Notes: generated from the letters alone by a model not told the origin. Shown: positions 30,005 through 43,654, numbered from the stretch's first letter. The stretch is DNA of 64,000 nucleotides from Eledone cirrhosa (GCA_964016885.1 OZ024743.1:94550001-94614000), one strand, 5' to 3'. Made by a program: numbers and translations.

Positions 30005-33000
30005 ACTGGACGGGGGCAAGGCACGACGGTCAGGCGGTAGCAGATGACGGACGCGATGTACGCATTCGCCACCTCCGCGCGACCTTTCAGTGATAGCTTC
30101 CTTCTAGCCCATTTTTGGGTGAGACTGGCTAGTCTGCTCGTTACCTCGTCCCAATTCTTTTCCACCTGGAAGTCTGGTCGGAACCAAACCCCGAGCAACT
30201 TTACCGGTCCGTCCGTCCAACGCCCCACGACACTGTTGGACGGCATGGGCTTGCCTCTCCAGGTTCCGAGCTGCAAGCCAACCGACTTTTCCGGGTTAAG
30301 TTTGGCTCCTGTCAACCTTTCATATTCCTTCAATAAGGTGCCGACCACCTCGATTTCTGAGGTGTTCGACACCATCACGGTGATGTCGTCCGCATAAGCC
30401 GACACCGCCTTTCCACGTCCCGGTTCGAGCGGGATGCCCTGCAACGGCTCCAGCTTCCGCAGTAAAGGGAAGAGAGAGGGCACCCTTGACGGACCGATCG
30501 GGCGAGCCGAAATGGTTCCGAGAGGTGGCCATTAACCTTGACCACCGAACGTGTGCCGCTGTGCATTGCAGCGATTCAGCTTCTGAAGACAGGGCCGAAG
30601 CCAGCTGCTCTGAGGACAAATTCCAGATACAGATGGTCAACCCTATCGAATGCTTTCGATTGATCTAAATTGATCAGTGCCCCACCGAAGCCAGGTTTAC
30701 ACCCTACCCTCTCTATGATGTATCGCATGAGGTGGAGATTGTCGTGTATGGACCTGGCTGGGATTGCGCAAGTTTGCGCCTCCCCAACCAAATCCTCGAC
30801 GACAAGCGCCAATCTCTTCGCTAACACCTTGGCCAAAATCTTAAACTCTGTGTTGAGCAGAGTTATGGGCCTGAAGTTGTCTAATGTATCCCTCTTGTTC
30901 TCGTCTTTCCTTATCAGCGTCACCACTCCCCTGCTCACAGAACTGGGAATACTCCCATTCTGCTGCCAGTTGCAGTAGAGTGCTTCGAGGAGATCGGAGA
31001 ACAAGTCTGGCATATTTACGTAAAGCTCGTACGGCAGGCCATCCAAACAGGGTGACTTGCCCCTGTAGGGGCGTAGACGGCCAGCAGTCTAAAGGTACCA
31101 CCTTCGCTACTGCTCACATCCAAGACCACCAACTTACCGTCCGTGTCCCGGAAGATCGACCTAACCTCGAGATCCAGTCCTTTATAAGGAGCACTGCCAT
31201 CCCCCCCATTCCCGGCCTGCTAACAGATGCGAAGATCTGATAGTCGTCGAAAATGGGGGCTAGTGCGTGCGTGTCGGAAATTCTCGTCTCGCTGACGGCA
31301 ATCACATCCATTTCCAGCGACCTGAGGTCGTTGAGCAGGTGTCCCTGCTTCCAGGGTGACCCCACGCCGCGAACATTTAAACTTCCTACTTTTAATATGG
31401 CCACGTTGGTAAGCTAAGAGAGAGAGGGAAGGTTTACTTACCTCCCGGGGTCTTGTGAAGGTCGGGTGATTCGACCTCCATGGTTGGTGGGGTTTCTTTT
31501 GGAACCCCTTTAAAAGTCTCGATGTGGGTTTCACATTCGGTGTTCCCACGTCTTGAGGAAAGCTCTCTCGAATTTCTTTGAAGGAATTGAATGACATTCG
31601 GACCCGAAGCAAATCTTCTGGTACGCAAAATGTACTCATTTCAAAGATCTCCCCTCTGTTTGAATGTCCTCGCTTCGTGCTAAGAGGGCCATCAGTTTAT
31701 CGTTGGCCTTTCTGACAAGCACAAAATTTTTAACATTTTGTTCGTGTGTTTTTATTTGTTTTCGTTTTGGTGACTGTGGTGGTGATAGTTTTGGTGGTGT
31801 TGTTTCGGGTATGTCTGTGTTTCTTGTAGGTGTGGTGTCTGCAATTTCAGGTATTTGTCTGTTTATTTGTACTTGTGTTTGTATAGGTTGTTTGCGTTTC
31901 TTCGGGGATTGTGAAGGTGGTGTCGATGTTGCTGTTGGTGCTGATGTTATTGGGGAAGTGTTTGCGTTAGTGGTGTCTGTATTTTTTGTTGTGTATGTTT
32001 TTGTGTTTTGTTGGGGCTTTTTTTTGGTGAGTTTTCTCTGTTTTTTCTGCACTTTTGGGTTTTCCTTCATCTTCGCTGGTGGAAGACAAAGGGTCTGTGG
32101 CTGTGAGTGTCTCTGTGTCTGTGTGTGCGTTTATTGTTTTGTCTATGTGTATAATGGGTGGGGGTGGGGGGTGGGAGAGCTTTCCTCGTTTCCCCCTTGG
32201 ATTGGTTTTGGTGTTGGTGGTGATCCGGCTGTTTTTGATGTTGGTGTCCGTGTCTTTGTTGGTGTTGTTTTTGGTGGTGGTGGTGGTTCAGCTTTCCGTG
32301 CTGACACTGGCTTTGGCAACAAATGAGATTTGCGACCCCCTGCAATTTTGCGCTGAGGGCAGAAGGCTTGCAGTTGCGTTGCTTCCCCGCAGACGAAGCA
32401 GCGTGGCCTTCTTCCGTCAATGATTAGTTGGATTGTTGTCCCGTCCTGCAGGCGGGCAAAATCCGGGATGTTGTTCATGTCCTCCGGTTTCATTTGGAGA
32501 AGAATCTCCAAATCCATTCCGGACCAGTCCTCTCTCTCTGTCCTTTTGATATCCAGGAGGGTAGTGTCTGTCCCCTCCTCGATTACGCATCCCAGCAGCC
32601 ACCATATGTTCATTCCTGGTGGGATGCTGGGAATACGGACCTTTACTGTCCTTTTACCCATGTAGGAAGAATGCATGATAATGCGTTCCGTTCTGCAGGG
32701 GGTCAACGAGTGCTTAATAGCAAGGGCCTCGATTTTGAACAGTACCGAGATGGTACCGAACTGTTTGCATCTTGCTTTATACACTATGTTACTTCCGATG
32801 TATTCCAAAGCAGGCTCGACCTCAGCTTGGCTGGCAATTCCACTTTTCGTGTCTGCACCGAAATGCATCGAAAGTACACCATCCTCCTTTGCATGGCCGC
32901 TATTGCCTCGTCCGGGATGGTCAGGTTTGCCCAGGACTTCTCCCGTTTAATTAGCCTCCACGCTTGGGCCAACTGTTCGTCTTTATCGTTAATATCAATA

Positions 33001-33415
33001 TCAATATTCAATAAGCGCTTTGTTTTTGCTGCTGCTGCAGCAAATGTGGTGCTTCTGATGCTCTTGTTGTTGGTGTTGTCATTCTTGCTGTTGTTATTGG
33101 TGTTGTTGTTGTTGTTTAGTTTGTTGATGCTATTGCGACCGCCACCGCTGTCGATGTTTTTGTCGTTATTGCTCTGAGTTGTTGTGGTTGTGGTGGTGGT
33201 GGTGGCGGCGGTGGTGGTGGTGATGTCGTTTTCAGATGATACTGCTGCTATCAGAGAAGGGTGTGATGGTAGCTTTTGTGTTTTGCCTTCACATTCAGTA
33301 GAGTGGACGACAGGCATGACTGTAGCCGTCGTAGTCGTGGTGAAATCTATAGTGGCTGCCTTTAAACTTTTGACCTGAATGTTGTTTACCGTTTCAAGGT
33401 CGAAAATTTCCATTT
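30005..33415 (-). mobile_element. Tx1/L1-like LINE, frameshifted and internally deleted
   Basis: ORF1-like frame with knuckle CFVCGEATQLQAFC, APE start GSLNVRG..VSET, and RT motifs DGLPYELY, FRPITLLNTEFKILAK, LDQSKAFDRVDH, RQGCPLS and YADDI. Confidence 0.88.
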
Positions 33416-33419
33416 TTTT

Positions 33420-34305
33420 TGGTGGGGAAGCGATTTTTTTCGAAGTTTTTAAAAAATAAATCTGAATATTCGGGCTTAAAACTAAAAATCAACCCTAGAA
33501 TAGGAATGAGAAATGGGATGACAAATAACAAATCCCCAGGTAATAATAACCCTAGGAAGGCCCCTACCAACTCCACTAGAACCCCTAGAAGGAATAGACC
33601 TAGAAATATCACCTGGCTCAACCCCCCATTCTCGTCTAATCTAGCCACTAATATCCCCAAACGCTTCTTCTCTATCCTATCCAAACACTTCCCCCAGCCA
33701 TAGATATTACAAACTCTTTAATAAAAATAACATTAAAATCTCATTCTCCACAACACCTAACCTAGCTAGCCACATCGCGTTCAGTAACCATCATAAGCTA
33801 AGACAGTATAACTCCCACACCGCGGTACCACCACCCCTATCAAATACACCACGCCACTACAACAATAATTACTCTAGTAGCACACCTACCCCCTCTAATC
33901 CTTCTAGCACGGACCTACCGCTTAGGTTAAACAACCCTACTCTCACTAACCGCAGAAACAACTGCAACTGCCGTTACCCCAATGCATGCCCATTAAATGG
34001 ACACTGCCTGACACCCAACATAGTCTATAGGTGCACGGTTGAGACTGCTTCGAAAACCAGCTCTTATATCGGGTCTACCTCTAACCCTTTTAAGGTACGC
34101 TATAGCGCGCACTCTTTTTCCTTCCGAGACCCTAGCAGCAGATGTTCGACATCGCTAGCTAGGCTCATTAAAAACCTTAAATTAAACAACGTTCAACACT
34201 CACTAAAATGGGATATCGTGGCTAGGGCCCAACCGTTCAATGGACGAAGAAAATCTTGTGATCTCTGTGTTACGGAAGCATATTACATAACTCTAGCCAG
34301 GACAT
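33420..34305 (+). mobile_element. Penelope-like retroelement 3, C-terminal fragment (linker + GIY-YIG)
   Basis: RNITWLNPPFS, then a frameshift, then CNCRYPNACPLNGHC, NIVYRC..SYIGST and CDLC. Confidence 0.8.
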
Positions 34306-36430
34306 CTACTCTTGGGTCCCAATTAATAGAGGTGATGGAATAAGCGGGGGACAGGTGTAGAAAATTGGTAAAATTTCCATGTTGTGTCCGTTGATTTTTT
34401 TTATAAAACCAGAATTAGACTTTTAGTTTACATATTGAGACACCAACACATCCTATTTATTTTATAAGGTATGGGATTTCTAGGAATGTACTTTTTTTGT
34501 CATGTGTAATGTTTTTGAATGAATAACGAAAATTAAATGTCGTAGAAATGCTACCAATTAAGATAAAATTTCGCTGGAGATAGATTAGCAAAAGTTAATA
34601 AGTGGGTGGGGTGGGTGAGGTGTAATAAGAGCAGGTGGTGGGAGGTTGTAAAAACCCTGAAATATTATTACACAAGGTAGGGTGGGTATTATTCGAGACC
34701 CAAGAATGAGTGAATATTAACATGGCGATATGTCGGTAGCGTGAGTTTACTTAAAGGGAGATAATCTTTGAATATTTTCATATTTCATAAATTATTATTT
34801 TCTGTCCTAGGTCGAAGGGAAATAATCGATCAAATAGTTTCGGTTACTCTCGGGTCCTTTTAGTTTACATATTGAGACCCCAACCCACCCTATTCATTTT
34901 GTAACGTATGTGATTTCGGGTAATGTACTATTTCAGTCATATAAACGACAGGTGGGGATGGAACAGGAGCGGTCGGTATGGACACATTTGAAAAATTAAC
35001 AAGCGGGGTGTCGGGGAGGGATTGTTCGAGACCCGTGAGTAGGTGAATATTAACATAGTAACGATATCTCGGTAGCGCTAGTTTACTTAAAGGGAGATAA
35101 TCTTTGAACATTTTCATATATAATTTATTATTTAGGATGCTTTCCCCAATCATATGTTAAAGGGAGATAATCGGTAAAAGGTATCGGTGAAAAGAAATTT
35201 CAGAGTATATCAATTTAAGCCAAATTGAATTTAAATCACCTATATCAAGCTAAATCAAATCAAATCAATATCATTATCTATATTCAGAATTGGTTTGATC
35301 TTTTTAATAAAATTCTTTTCTTCTATGAATTTGTTTTGCGAGATTTCTTATCTTGAAACAGATATTGTTATACTTTGGGTGGGTCGTGTTGTCAATAAGA
35401 ATACACGCACATGTCAGTTTTCACTTCAATTTATCATAAATTTCCGGTTGATGGGTTGGTTCGGTAACCGGAGGATTGTTTATATATTGTCAAAGTTCTT
35501 TTGTCACACATTCTGTGACCTTTTCAGTGACTAGGTTGTTTTATTTTGTGTGTAGCTCCTTTGTTCTGTCCTGCACCATCTTGTTTTTGTGTGTTCTTTT
35601 CTTTTACATTTCTTTCAACTTCATTTGAGTCCTGAAGTTTATAAAATGGGAATATTATTATTTTTTTAATGCGTCAGTTTCCCAAATGACTACTTAGGGT
35701 CTTTGATCTGTTGATGGTGTACTGATGAATGTGTGTATTGTTTATATGGACCCGTAACTCCTGGAGGAACCGTGGGTGTCGCCTTTGCCATTTTGTTAGC
35801 GTGGCATGGCTGAGGCACCGCTTAGACTAAATTATAGTATCTGTCCCTCCCCATTTCCCTTTCAATCGTTGCTTGAATATTGGTTGCTACGAGACGTGTA
35901 GAATACTCTATGCTGAGTAAATATAACAATCAATTGTTTCTTTTATCCTGGACATCCTGCTTGACGCATCTACTGGCTCATCTACAGCGAAGTCAAAGGA
36001 AGTTCTAGCCAGACAAAGCTATAACGCCGAAGCAAATCAATTAAACCGTTGATTGAAGCTATACCTACATATAGAATTAGAGAGAAAGTGACGTCCTCTA
36101 TCAACTAACTTACCCTGTGGATCCCGGTCGACAAGATGGAGAATACATTGCCTCGAAGGTCGGTGAGGGAGACGCGCTGGAACAGCCATTCCACCATGCG
36201 GGGATCGCACCTGAGGAAGGCCAACCCCGCTCCAATAGCAGTGAGTAGGAATGTGGTCTGGGGATAGTGGGGGTGACAAGAATGCCGGAAATCTCCACTG
36301 CTACAGGCCCTATCACAAACCTATCAGAGAGCGGCCGTTACTTTGCTTGATTTAAATCCAAATAACGTTTACAATTTCCGCGTATGATTTTAATGTATAA
36401 AAATAGGAAAATATATGATGTAATATTATG

Positions 36431-36436
36431 TTTATT
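36431..36436 (-). terminator. Candidate polyadenylation signal AATAAA of the tyrosinase gene (another at 36691..36696)
   Basis: tttatt on the plus strand, about 480 nt past the stop codon in AT-rich sequence. Confidence 0.35.
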
Positions 36437-36912
36437 CAGATTCATAATAAAACTCAATTACAATTCTTTGTATGAAAAATAAATAATTATTTTGATAAAT
36501 GAATAAATGATTACAAAAGAGTAACGAAATGAAAAAGTTCATGTGATATTCTGTTCAAAATTAGCACCGGATTTCGTAAATATATATAGATATATCTCAC
36601 CATATATTTATTTATATATCTGTTTACTATTGTTAAATAGTGTTCCATATTTCTATCTTTCTCACCATTCATTCTCCATATACACAACCATTTATTCATC
36701 AATCAATCCATCCATCCATTTTTTTCTTCCATCCATCCATCCGTCCATCCATCCATTCAATCCATACATCTTCCCATCCTGCAATCCATTCTTACGTTGA
36801 CTGTTGTTAAATGATGTTCTCTCTTAAACAGTACAATTCAAACGTCTTTTGAAACTACACGTTCAAATGTGTAGTTTCATTAGGAATGTTGCTTAGTAAA
36901 AATGTTGCTGGG

Positions 36913-37112
36913 TTAAAATCTATAATGACAGTATCCACGAATACATCTTTTTGTAATGGGGTCAAACCTTCTACCATAGCCACAGGAAGCCATAATATAT
37001 CTGCCATATGCACATATAGCATAATGAGAACATATTTGTAAGCAAGGCTGTTTGTCTCTCGATTTACAATTACATGCTTTAGGAACGAGACATTTTTTGT
37101 TGATGTAACATT
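36913..37112 (-). CDS. Tyrosinase-like protein, last coding exon: Cys-rich, chitin-binding type 2-like domain
   Basis: Branch point and pyrimidine tract gctaacctttcttctttctctattacag. The phase-1 join gives KCYINKKCLVPKACNCKSRDKQPCLQICSHYAICAYGRYIMASCGYGRRFDPITKRCIRGYCHYRF*. Confidence 0.8.
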
Positions 37113-37386
37113 CTGTAATAGAGAAAGAAGAAAGGTTAGCTGAAACAAGACAAATTTACGAAATAGGAAATATATATGTATAGAATTAATAATCATTTAT
37201 AAACCAAATGCTTTGGTGCTTATCGTCTCAAATTTACAAGTTGCGTGAAGCTGAATAGTCCTACAGCAAATATGTGATTAGATGGCAGATACAACCTGGA
37301 AGAAACAACATGCTTTCTCCGTCAAGGGGTATCTGGAAATTTATGACGTTCTTGATTGATTGTAAGTAGCTCTCCACTTCTCGGTG

Positions 37387-37479
<93 letters not shown>

Positions 37480-37485
<6 letters not shown>

Positions 37486-38020
37486 CTACTGTACGTCTGT
37501 ATACATATATGTATGTACGTATACATACATACTTACATTTAAGTAACTGCTGTACTAAGAGTGAGAAATGAAATTTCGTTTCATTTTTTCCATTTATCGT
37601 TTTCGGTGCGCCTGGCCAACTAAACTCACCCGATATGCAATTTAAGCTGCTCAGCCGTTAATATGCATAAGGAAGTATATACTTTCAGACGTTCAATCAT
37701 CTGGTAGGAAGGTATACGATGCTGACGATAGCTAATAAGCTTGAAACTAGTACATCGTTCCTTTGTCAGTATTGAACAAAAGGCAACGATGGTTGCAAAC
37801 ACTGTATGGATTAATTCGGGCTGTCTGTTTACAAACAAACCAAACATTATAATAAATGTTCGGTAAACCGATACGTACATATATATCTGTGTACATTTAT
37901 GTACATATATACATACTACTGTACGTCTGTATACATATATGTGTGTACGTATACATACATACTTACATTTAAGTAACTGCCGTACTAAGAGTGAGAAAAG
38001 AAATTTCGTTTCATTTTTTC
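37480..38020 (+). mobile_element. Diverged copy of the 466-bp hammerhead family, intronic
   Basis: Similar to 21385..21960 and follows a (TA)n tract. Confidence 0.75.
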
Positions 38021-38070
38021 CATTTATATATATATATAGAAGTGGTTACACAACAGTTAGTTCACCATAC

Positions 38071-38108
38071 CGTGAACAATTGTTTCACCTTAACGGATCC
38101 TCAGCTCG
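38071..38108 (-). ncRNA. Minimal hammerhead within foldback 38037..38176
   Basis: Minus strand: CGAG-CUGAGGA-U[CC guuaa GG]U-GAAAC AAUU GUU-CACG. The other arm has CUCG, which would pair perfectly. Confidence 0.6.
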
Positions 38109-38280
38109 TAATGGATCCGCTAAGGTGAAACAATTGTTCTCGGTATGGTGAACTAACTGTTGTGTAACCACTTCTACCTAACTCGTCCCATGGACTGAGT
38201 GTTCTACCACTACGGATATTACCTTCCAGTGTTCTACCACTATATATATATATATTCTTTTTTTCTTTCTTGTCACATCA

Positions 38281-38370
38281 CCAGTCTGAGGAGCAGATAG
38301 ATACTGGAATCTGGTCCATAACACCTATGGGCTACCTTGAGCCAATCCTCTGCGAAACGCGCGTAACAGG
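38281..38370 (+). ncRNA. Hammerhead ribozyme with long stem II
   Basis: CCAGU-CUGAGGA-GCAGA..UCUGC-GAAAC GCGC GUA-ACAGG. It has the canonical G-C at the base of stem II, a palindromic stem III and one mismatch in stem I. Confidence 0.7.
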
Positions 38371-39575
38371 TCGATACACAGTAAATATTTTTTATATGTA
38401 AACCAAACTTCCTCGTTTTTTTTATTACACACACACACGCACACACATTATATATATTTGAGTGTGTTTATGCATACACACCCACTATATGCAAATGAGC
38501 ATCGCCAGCCAAAATTTAATAGGCAAACAGCATATAAGCTTTTAGTTTATTCTTGTCTCCTGACAGTGTATATAAAAGCATATCCTTATGTTTATGTATA
38601 ATAATTTTAAAAGGTGTGAACATGTCACAGTTATCTCAGCAGTGGTGAGAATGCCAGGTAGATATTTAAGCATTTTATCCTTCAACAGTAACATATATTT
38701 ACTTGCTACTGAGACAAAATCTGCTAAAACCTATATAGTGTTTGTATGTCAATAATCCGCTAGTGAAAGGGAGATAATTAGGTAGCAATATCAGCGTTTT
38801 TCGTCACAGGGTTGTATATGTATAATAAACACAAATCTCGCCTTGAAATTTTCAAAAAGCAGGGATCATATCACAGGTATCTTAGTATTGGTGAGAATGC
38901 AAGATAGCTATTTCCGGATTGTTATCCTTCATCAGTGACATTTACTCATTCGCTACAGAGACAAAATGGGTTAAATCTCCTATGGTTTTTGCGTATGAGA
39001 GATTAATTGGAGATGCTCATTTGCATATAGTGTGAACATTACTGTTGAAAGGGAGATAACTATGTTGTACTAACACACACATTGTTCTTTGTCTTGTATG
39101 TATGAACCCATAACTATTATCGATGACGAATCGATGAAAGGCCTAGTTGACCTCAGCGAGATTCGAACTGACAGAGTAGAGAGCCGGAATGAAGACTTCA
39201 AAGCATTCTATCTGACGTTCTAAATTCGCCGCCTATTTATCTTGTAGGATACATTATATATTGTAACGAAATGTGAACCCATGAAAAACTAATGCTGTAT
39301 GTCTGTTTTGGTATACGTCCTCAAATATAAACATTCTTCACTACTCTAGTTACAATAACCTATACTGACCTATATTTGTTTATTTTAACCATGATATGGT
39401 CACATACACCCCCCTCCTTTGATAAACAGTTCTTCACACTTCGACTACCCCTACCTTTATTAGACTACAACCATCACCATCTACCATATCCATAAGAGCT
39501 ACTATCACATACAAATATACATATGAGTGCACATTACACTGCTCTGAAAAGTTTAACATTATAAAAATAAGTGTT

Positions 39576-39740
39576 TCTACTTTTGGCACACGGCCAGCAA
39601 TTACCCCAGTGCATTACTGGTACTTTATTTTATCGACCCCGTAAGGATGAAAGGCAAAGTTAACATCGGCTGGATTTGAACTCTGACCGTAAAGGGACGT
39701 AACTATGCTGGAAAGCATGTCCAACCCTCCACCGATACTG
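39576..39740 (-). mobile_element. Family-1 SINE (further degenerate copies ~595..730, ~39115..39235, ~39800..39975, ~44185..44270, ~48878..49000, ~63630..63800)
   Basis: Reverse complement of the SINE core and B-box. Confidence 0.75.
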
Positions 39741-40000
39741 CACATTGACCGCCCAATTCACTGCCAGAAAATAAAGGGTTCTAATTTAAGTAGAAAATTA
39801 GCAATTTGGGGAAGAGGAAAATCGATTAAATCGACCCCAGTACTTTCCTGGTACTTAATTATATCGGCTTCTGGAAGGATGAAGGGTAAAGTTGACTTCA
39901 ACAAGATTTGAAACGAGAACGTAAAGAACCGGAACAAGTACATGGCACTTTGTCCGGTACTTTAACGATTCTACCAATCAAAACATACATAATTACTTAC

Positions 40001-41637
40001 TTTGAGATGTTGTTGTTGTTGGTACTAGTGTTGTTGTTGTTGTCGGTACTGGTGTTGTTGTTGTTGTCGGTACTGGTGTTGTCGTTGTGATTGTCGGTAC
40101 TGGTGTTGTTGTTGTTGTTGTCGGTACTGGTGTTGTTGTTGTTGTTGTCGGTACTGGTGTTGTTGTTGTTGTTGTCGGTACTGGTGTTGTTGTTGTTGTT
40201 GTCGGTACTGGTGTTGTCGTTGTGGTTGTTGTTGTCGGGGTTGTTCTACTTGTGGTTGTTGTTGTTGTTCGAACTGGTGTGGTCGTTGTTGTAGTCACAT
40301 TACTGCTGGTAAATGGCCACCGGCTGTCATCACAGTGGAAAACAATTGGAATATTCTGGTGCTTCAGTTTCGGTCGAATCTGGTTGTTATAATCCCAGAC
40401 CTTCATGTAAGTATCTGCGAGGGTTTTACCGTAGAAGGCAGTGTCGTTACGAGTTATGTTCAAAAGTCCTATACATTCTGTGTATCTTGGTGGGTTGGAA
40501 CCTGGAACTAAGCAAGATGGCCGGCATATTCTTCCACATTGTTCCGTAACTGTTAGAAATACGAGAGCAGCTCCTTTTTCGGGGTCTCTGATACCGATAT
40601 AAGCTAGATCTGATGATACAGCTAATCTACGGTCCACTACCACCATTTCTTCATAATTTCCAAAATAATTGATGCCACTGGCTTGAACATTCACTCTTCC
40701 TGCTGGTCCACAACACTTATTCATTCGACAAGTAGAATTACTGGACGAGGAATTTTGGGATAGACTGTTGTCGTATATATCATTCAATAAGTTTGGTTGA
40801 CCATTTACGATTGGGAAATTTCCAAATCTCATCGTCTCGTAAGGTCGTTCGTAAATTATTTCGATCGGAATAAATGCCCATTCTTTTAAATCACACACAC
40901 GGTTGATACAAAACATATTTTGATAGGGAATGAGAGTATTACAACGAGTTGTTGATTTAGATTTTGTTACACATCTTCCATTTTCGCATGTTAAGTATCG
41001 AGGATTACAAAGATTTGGATTGTAAGTACAATTTCCAAGTAAGTAATCATATTCATATCTGTAAATACCAGTGTAACTTTGAGTTACTTTTAATGCTTCT
41101 GCGACTGTTAAATTCATAATGCCAATACTTTGGTTGGGAGCATAAATATCTAAACCAAAATTCGAAGGATAATCTGTTGCAGGATCGATGTTGTTTTTCC
41201 TTTGGTTTTCATTGAAACGTGTGTGAACAAGTTCTACATAACTGTGAAGTAGAAAGAAGAAAGGATCCATGGGTGCAGATGGAATCATAGACATATGTCC
41301 TCCAACAGAAACGTGCATAGAATTATGCATAAGTTCAAAGTTATAGCGTCGGTCAGCGTTTGGTTCTGATATTTCTTCGAGTTTCGTTCGAGTGAGAACA
41401 TCTTCGATATTACGATGTGTTGGCAAAGTTGTACTGAAACCTCCATTCCTTACTAGATGACCAGATGGTGTGATCCAATTAGCAAACGGTCCACGATTCA
41501 CAAATCCATTGACTGTTCCCATGAACGTGTCCGACCAGATAATGGAATCTCGAGGATTAGAAAGAGAAGCATCAAGAGTTGGATCCCAAAATGGAATTGT
41601 TACAGTTGGTACTTTTGTACGAAGAGCATCTTCCATC
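40001..41637 (-). CDS. Tyrosinase-like protein, third coding exon: CuB site, Cys-rich region, Thr/Pro linker
   Basis: Acceptor tttcag and donor gtaagt. Motifs IPFWD, HNSMH..GGHM..APMDPFFFLLH (three CuB His) and (TTTTTPVP)n repeats. Confidence 0.95.
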
Positions 41638-41915
41638 CTGAAATTTAAAAATAAAAACCACATTAACACATTTCTAATGACATATTTAATGAATGAAATA
41701 TTACGAGGGATTTATTTAAATTATCAATTATTTTAATTATTAAGATCGTATTCGTTTCAAAGCTTATCTAACGGGCTTAAATAAAATTTATATAAAATTC
41801 TCCGAATTGAGAGATCACAGCTCCGATACTATAGGCATGTGGTAGGAATGTCCCAGGAAAGAACCGCTGGACAGATTTTACGGCCAAAATTTTATGGCCA
41901 AAATTCGCTCCGCCC

Positions 41916-42062
41916 CGCTTTTTGGAACACTTCAAAAGGCATGCTTGCTGGGAACAGCAAGAACCCTCCGATACGTCCTGAATATCTGAGGCTGCAGGTA
42001 GTGGCTTGATATTCATTTCAACAAACTTCCCATTTAACTAACATCAATGACTGAGACTCAAA
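41916..42062 (+). mobile_element. Short 3'-end fragment of the R4/Dong-like LINE
   Basis: Near-identical to 43284..43428 and followed by (aat)n. Confidence 0.8.
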
Positions 42063-42069
42063 GAACAAC

Positions 42070-42157
<88 letters not shown>

Positions 42158-42261
42158 TATGTATGTTCTTTCTTGAACATGGCGGACCTTGTTGTCTCTT
42201 GAGGTCACTGGTTGTGATTTGGTGATAACTCGTATGAACATAAAGCAAGATAAATGCAACT

Positions 42262-42305
<44 letters not shown>

Positions 42306-42306
42306 T

Positions 42307-43430
42307 AGGTACAGTGCGGGAATTCTGAGATGGAATGTTGCTGAACAAAAAGAATGGATAGGAAGACTAGGAAGCTATTGACTATCTACAACATGTTCCA
42401 CAAGAGAAGTGATGTCGATAGACTCTACTTAAGGAGATCTGAAGGTGGAAGAGGTCTTATCAACATAGAGGACTGTGTTCAGTTGGAGAAAAACAACCTA
42501 CACAAATACGTGACTGATAGGAAGGAACCAATGCTCAGAACTGTACTGAAGGAGGGGACAATAGGCCAGGGGATGTCCAAGGAGGAAATAACATCAAGGA
42601 GAAAGAGCAGCCTTCAGGAAAAATCCCTTCATAGTACCTTCTTTGAGAAAACTGAATTTAGAGATCCACAGACATGGAACTGGTTGAAAAGAGGAGACCT
42701 TAAAAAGTCTACAGAAGGAATGTTAATGGCTGCGCAGGAGCAGGCCCTCAAAACGAAGTGGTTGAAACACCACATTTACAAGGAGGAGGCTAGCCCACTG
42801 TGCAGGATCTGTGGAGAGAGAGAGGAGACTGTGGCTCACATTGTATCCGAGTGTAAACACCTAGCCCAGACTCACTATAAGGGCTGGAGACATGATGTGA
42901 TGGTCAGGATGATCCACTGGCCCCTATGCAAAGTAAACAATTTACCACATTCTGAGAAGTGGTATGAGCATAAGCCAGAGTCGGTGATAGAAAACGATCA
43001 GGTGAAGGTGCTGTGGAATTTTAGGATACAGACGGACAAGAAATTGGAACACAATAGACCTGACCTGGTGGTTGTGGACAAAGAAAAAAGATCGTGCCTG
43101 ATTGTGGATGTGGCCTGCCCATTCAACACGAGAGTGCAAGAGAAGGAGAGGGAGAAAATTAACCGATACCAGGACTTAAATTTGGAACTGCCATGAAGTC
43201 AAAGTGACCCCGATTGTCATAGGCGCACTAGGGACTATCTCAAAAAGTTTCCAGGGATGGTTAAAGAAAATTGGCCCCTTCACGCTTTTTGGAACGCTTC
43301 AAAAGGCATGCTTGCTGAGAACAGCAAGAACCCTCCGATACGTCCTGAATATCTGAGGCTGCAGGTAGTGGCTTGATATTCATTTCAACAAACTTTCCAG
43401 TTAACTAACATCAATGACTGAGACTCGAAG
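42307..43430 (+). mobile_element. 5'-truncated R4/Dong-like LINE with restriction-like endonuclease, in a (TAA)n tract
   Basis: DRKTRKLLT, RLYLRRSEGGRGL, AAQEQAL, CRICGEREETVAHIVSEC, RHD, RPDLVVVD..IVDVACP, PIVIGALGT and LQKACLL. (taa)n lies on both sides. Confidence 0.88.
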
Positions 43431-43460
43431 AGTAATAACAACAGTAATAATAATAATAAT

Positions 43461-43650
43461 AATAATTGTTTCTACTTTAGGCACAAGGCCAGCAATTACC
43501 CAGTGCATTACTGGTACTTTTATTTTATCGACCCCGTAAGGATGAAAGGCAAAGTCAACCTCGGCGGGATTTGAACTCAGATCGTAAAGGGACGTAACTA
43601 TGCTGGAAAGCATGGAGTCCGACCCTCTACCGATACTGCCAATCCACCAC
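43461..43650 (-). mobile_element. Full-length family-1 SINE
   Basis: Reverse complement of 11659..11850, between (aat)n tracts. Confidence 0.85.
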
Positions 43651-43654
43651 CTGC

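Noticed and set aside
34310-36330. Possible DNA-transposon remnant with repeated aaagggagataa motifs (34690-34790 resembles 35025-35135)
   Set aside because: No recognisable transposase motif or paired termini could be established by eye.
36855-37196. 113-aa ORF in the track as a separate gene
   Set aside because: It is the wrong frame. The splice phase selects the overlapping Cys-rich frame 37112..36913.
39993-41669. 558-aa ORF as a complete single-exon gene, or as hemocyanin
   Set aside because: It lacks CuA, which lies in the 44659..44771 exon, and both ends run into introns. A single unit with no Cys-X-His at CuA and a tyrosinase-type C-terminal region argues against hemocyanin.
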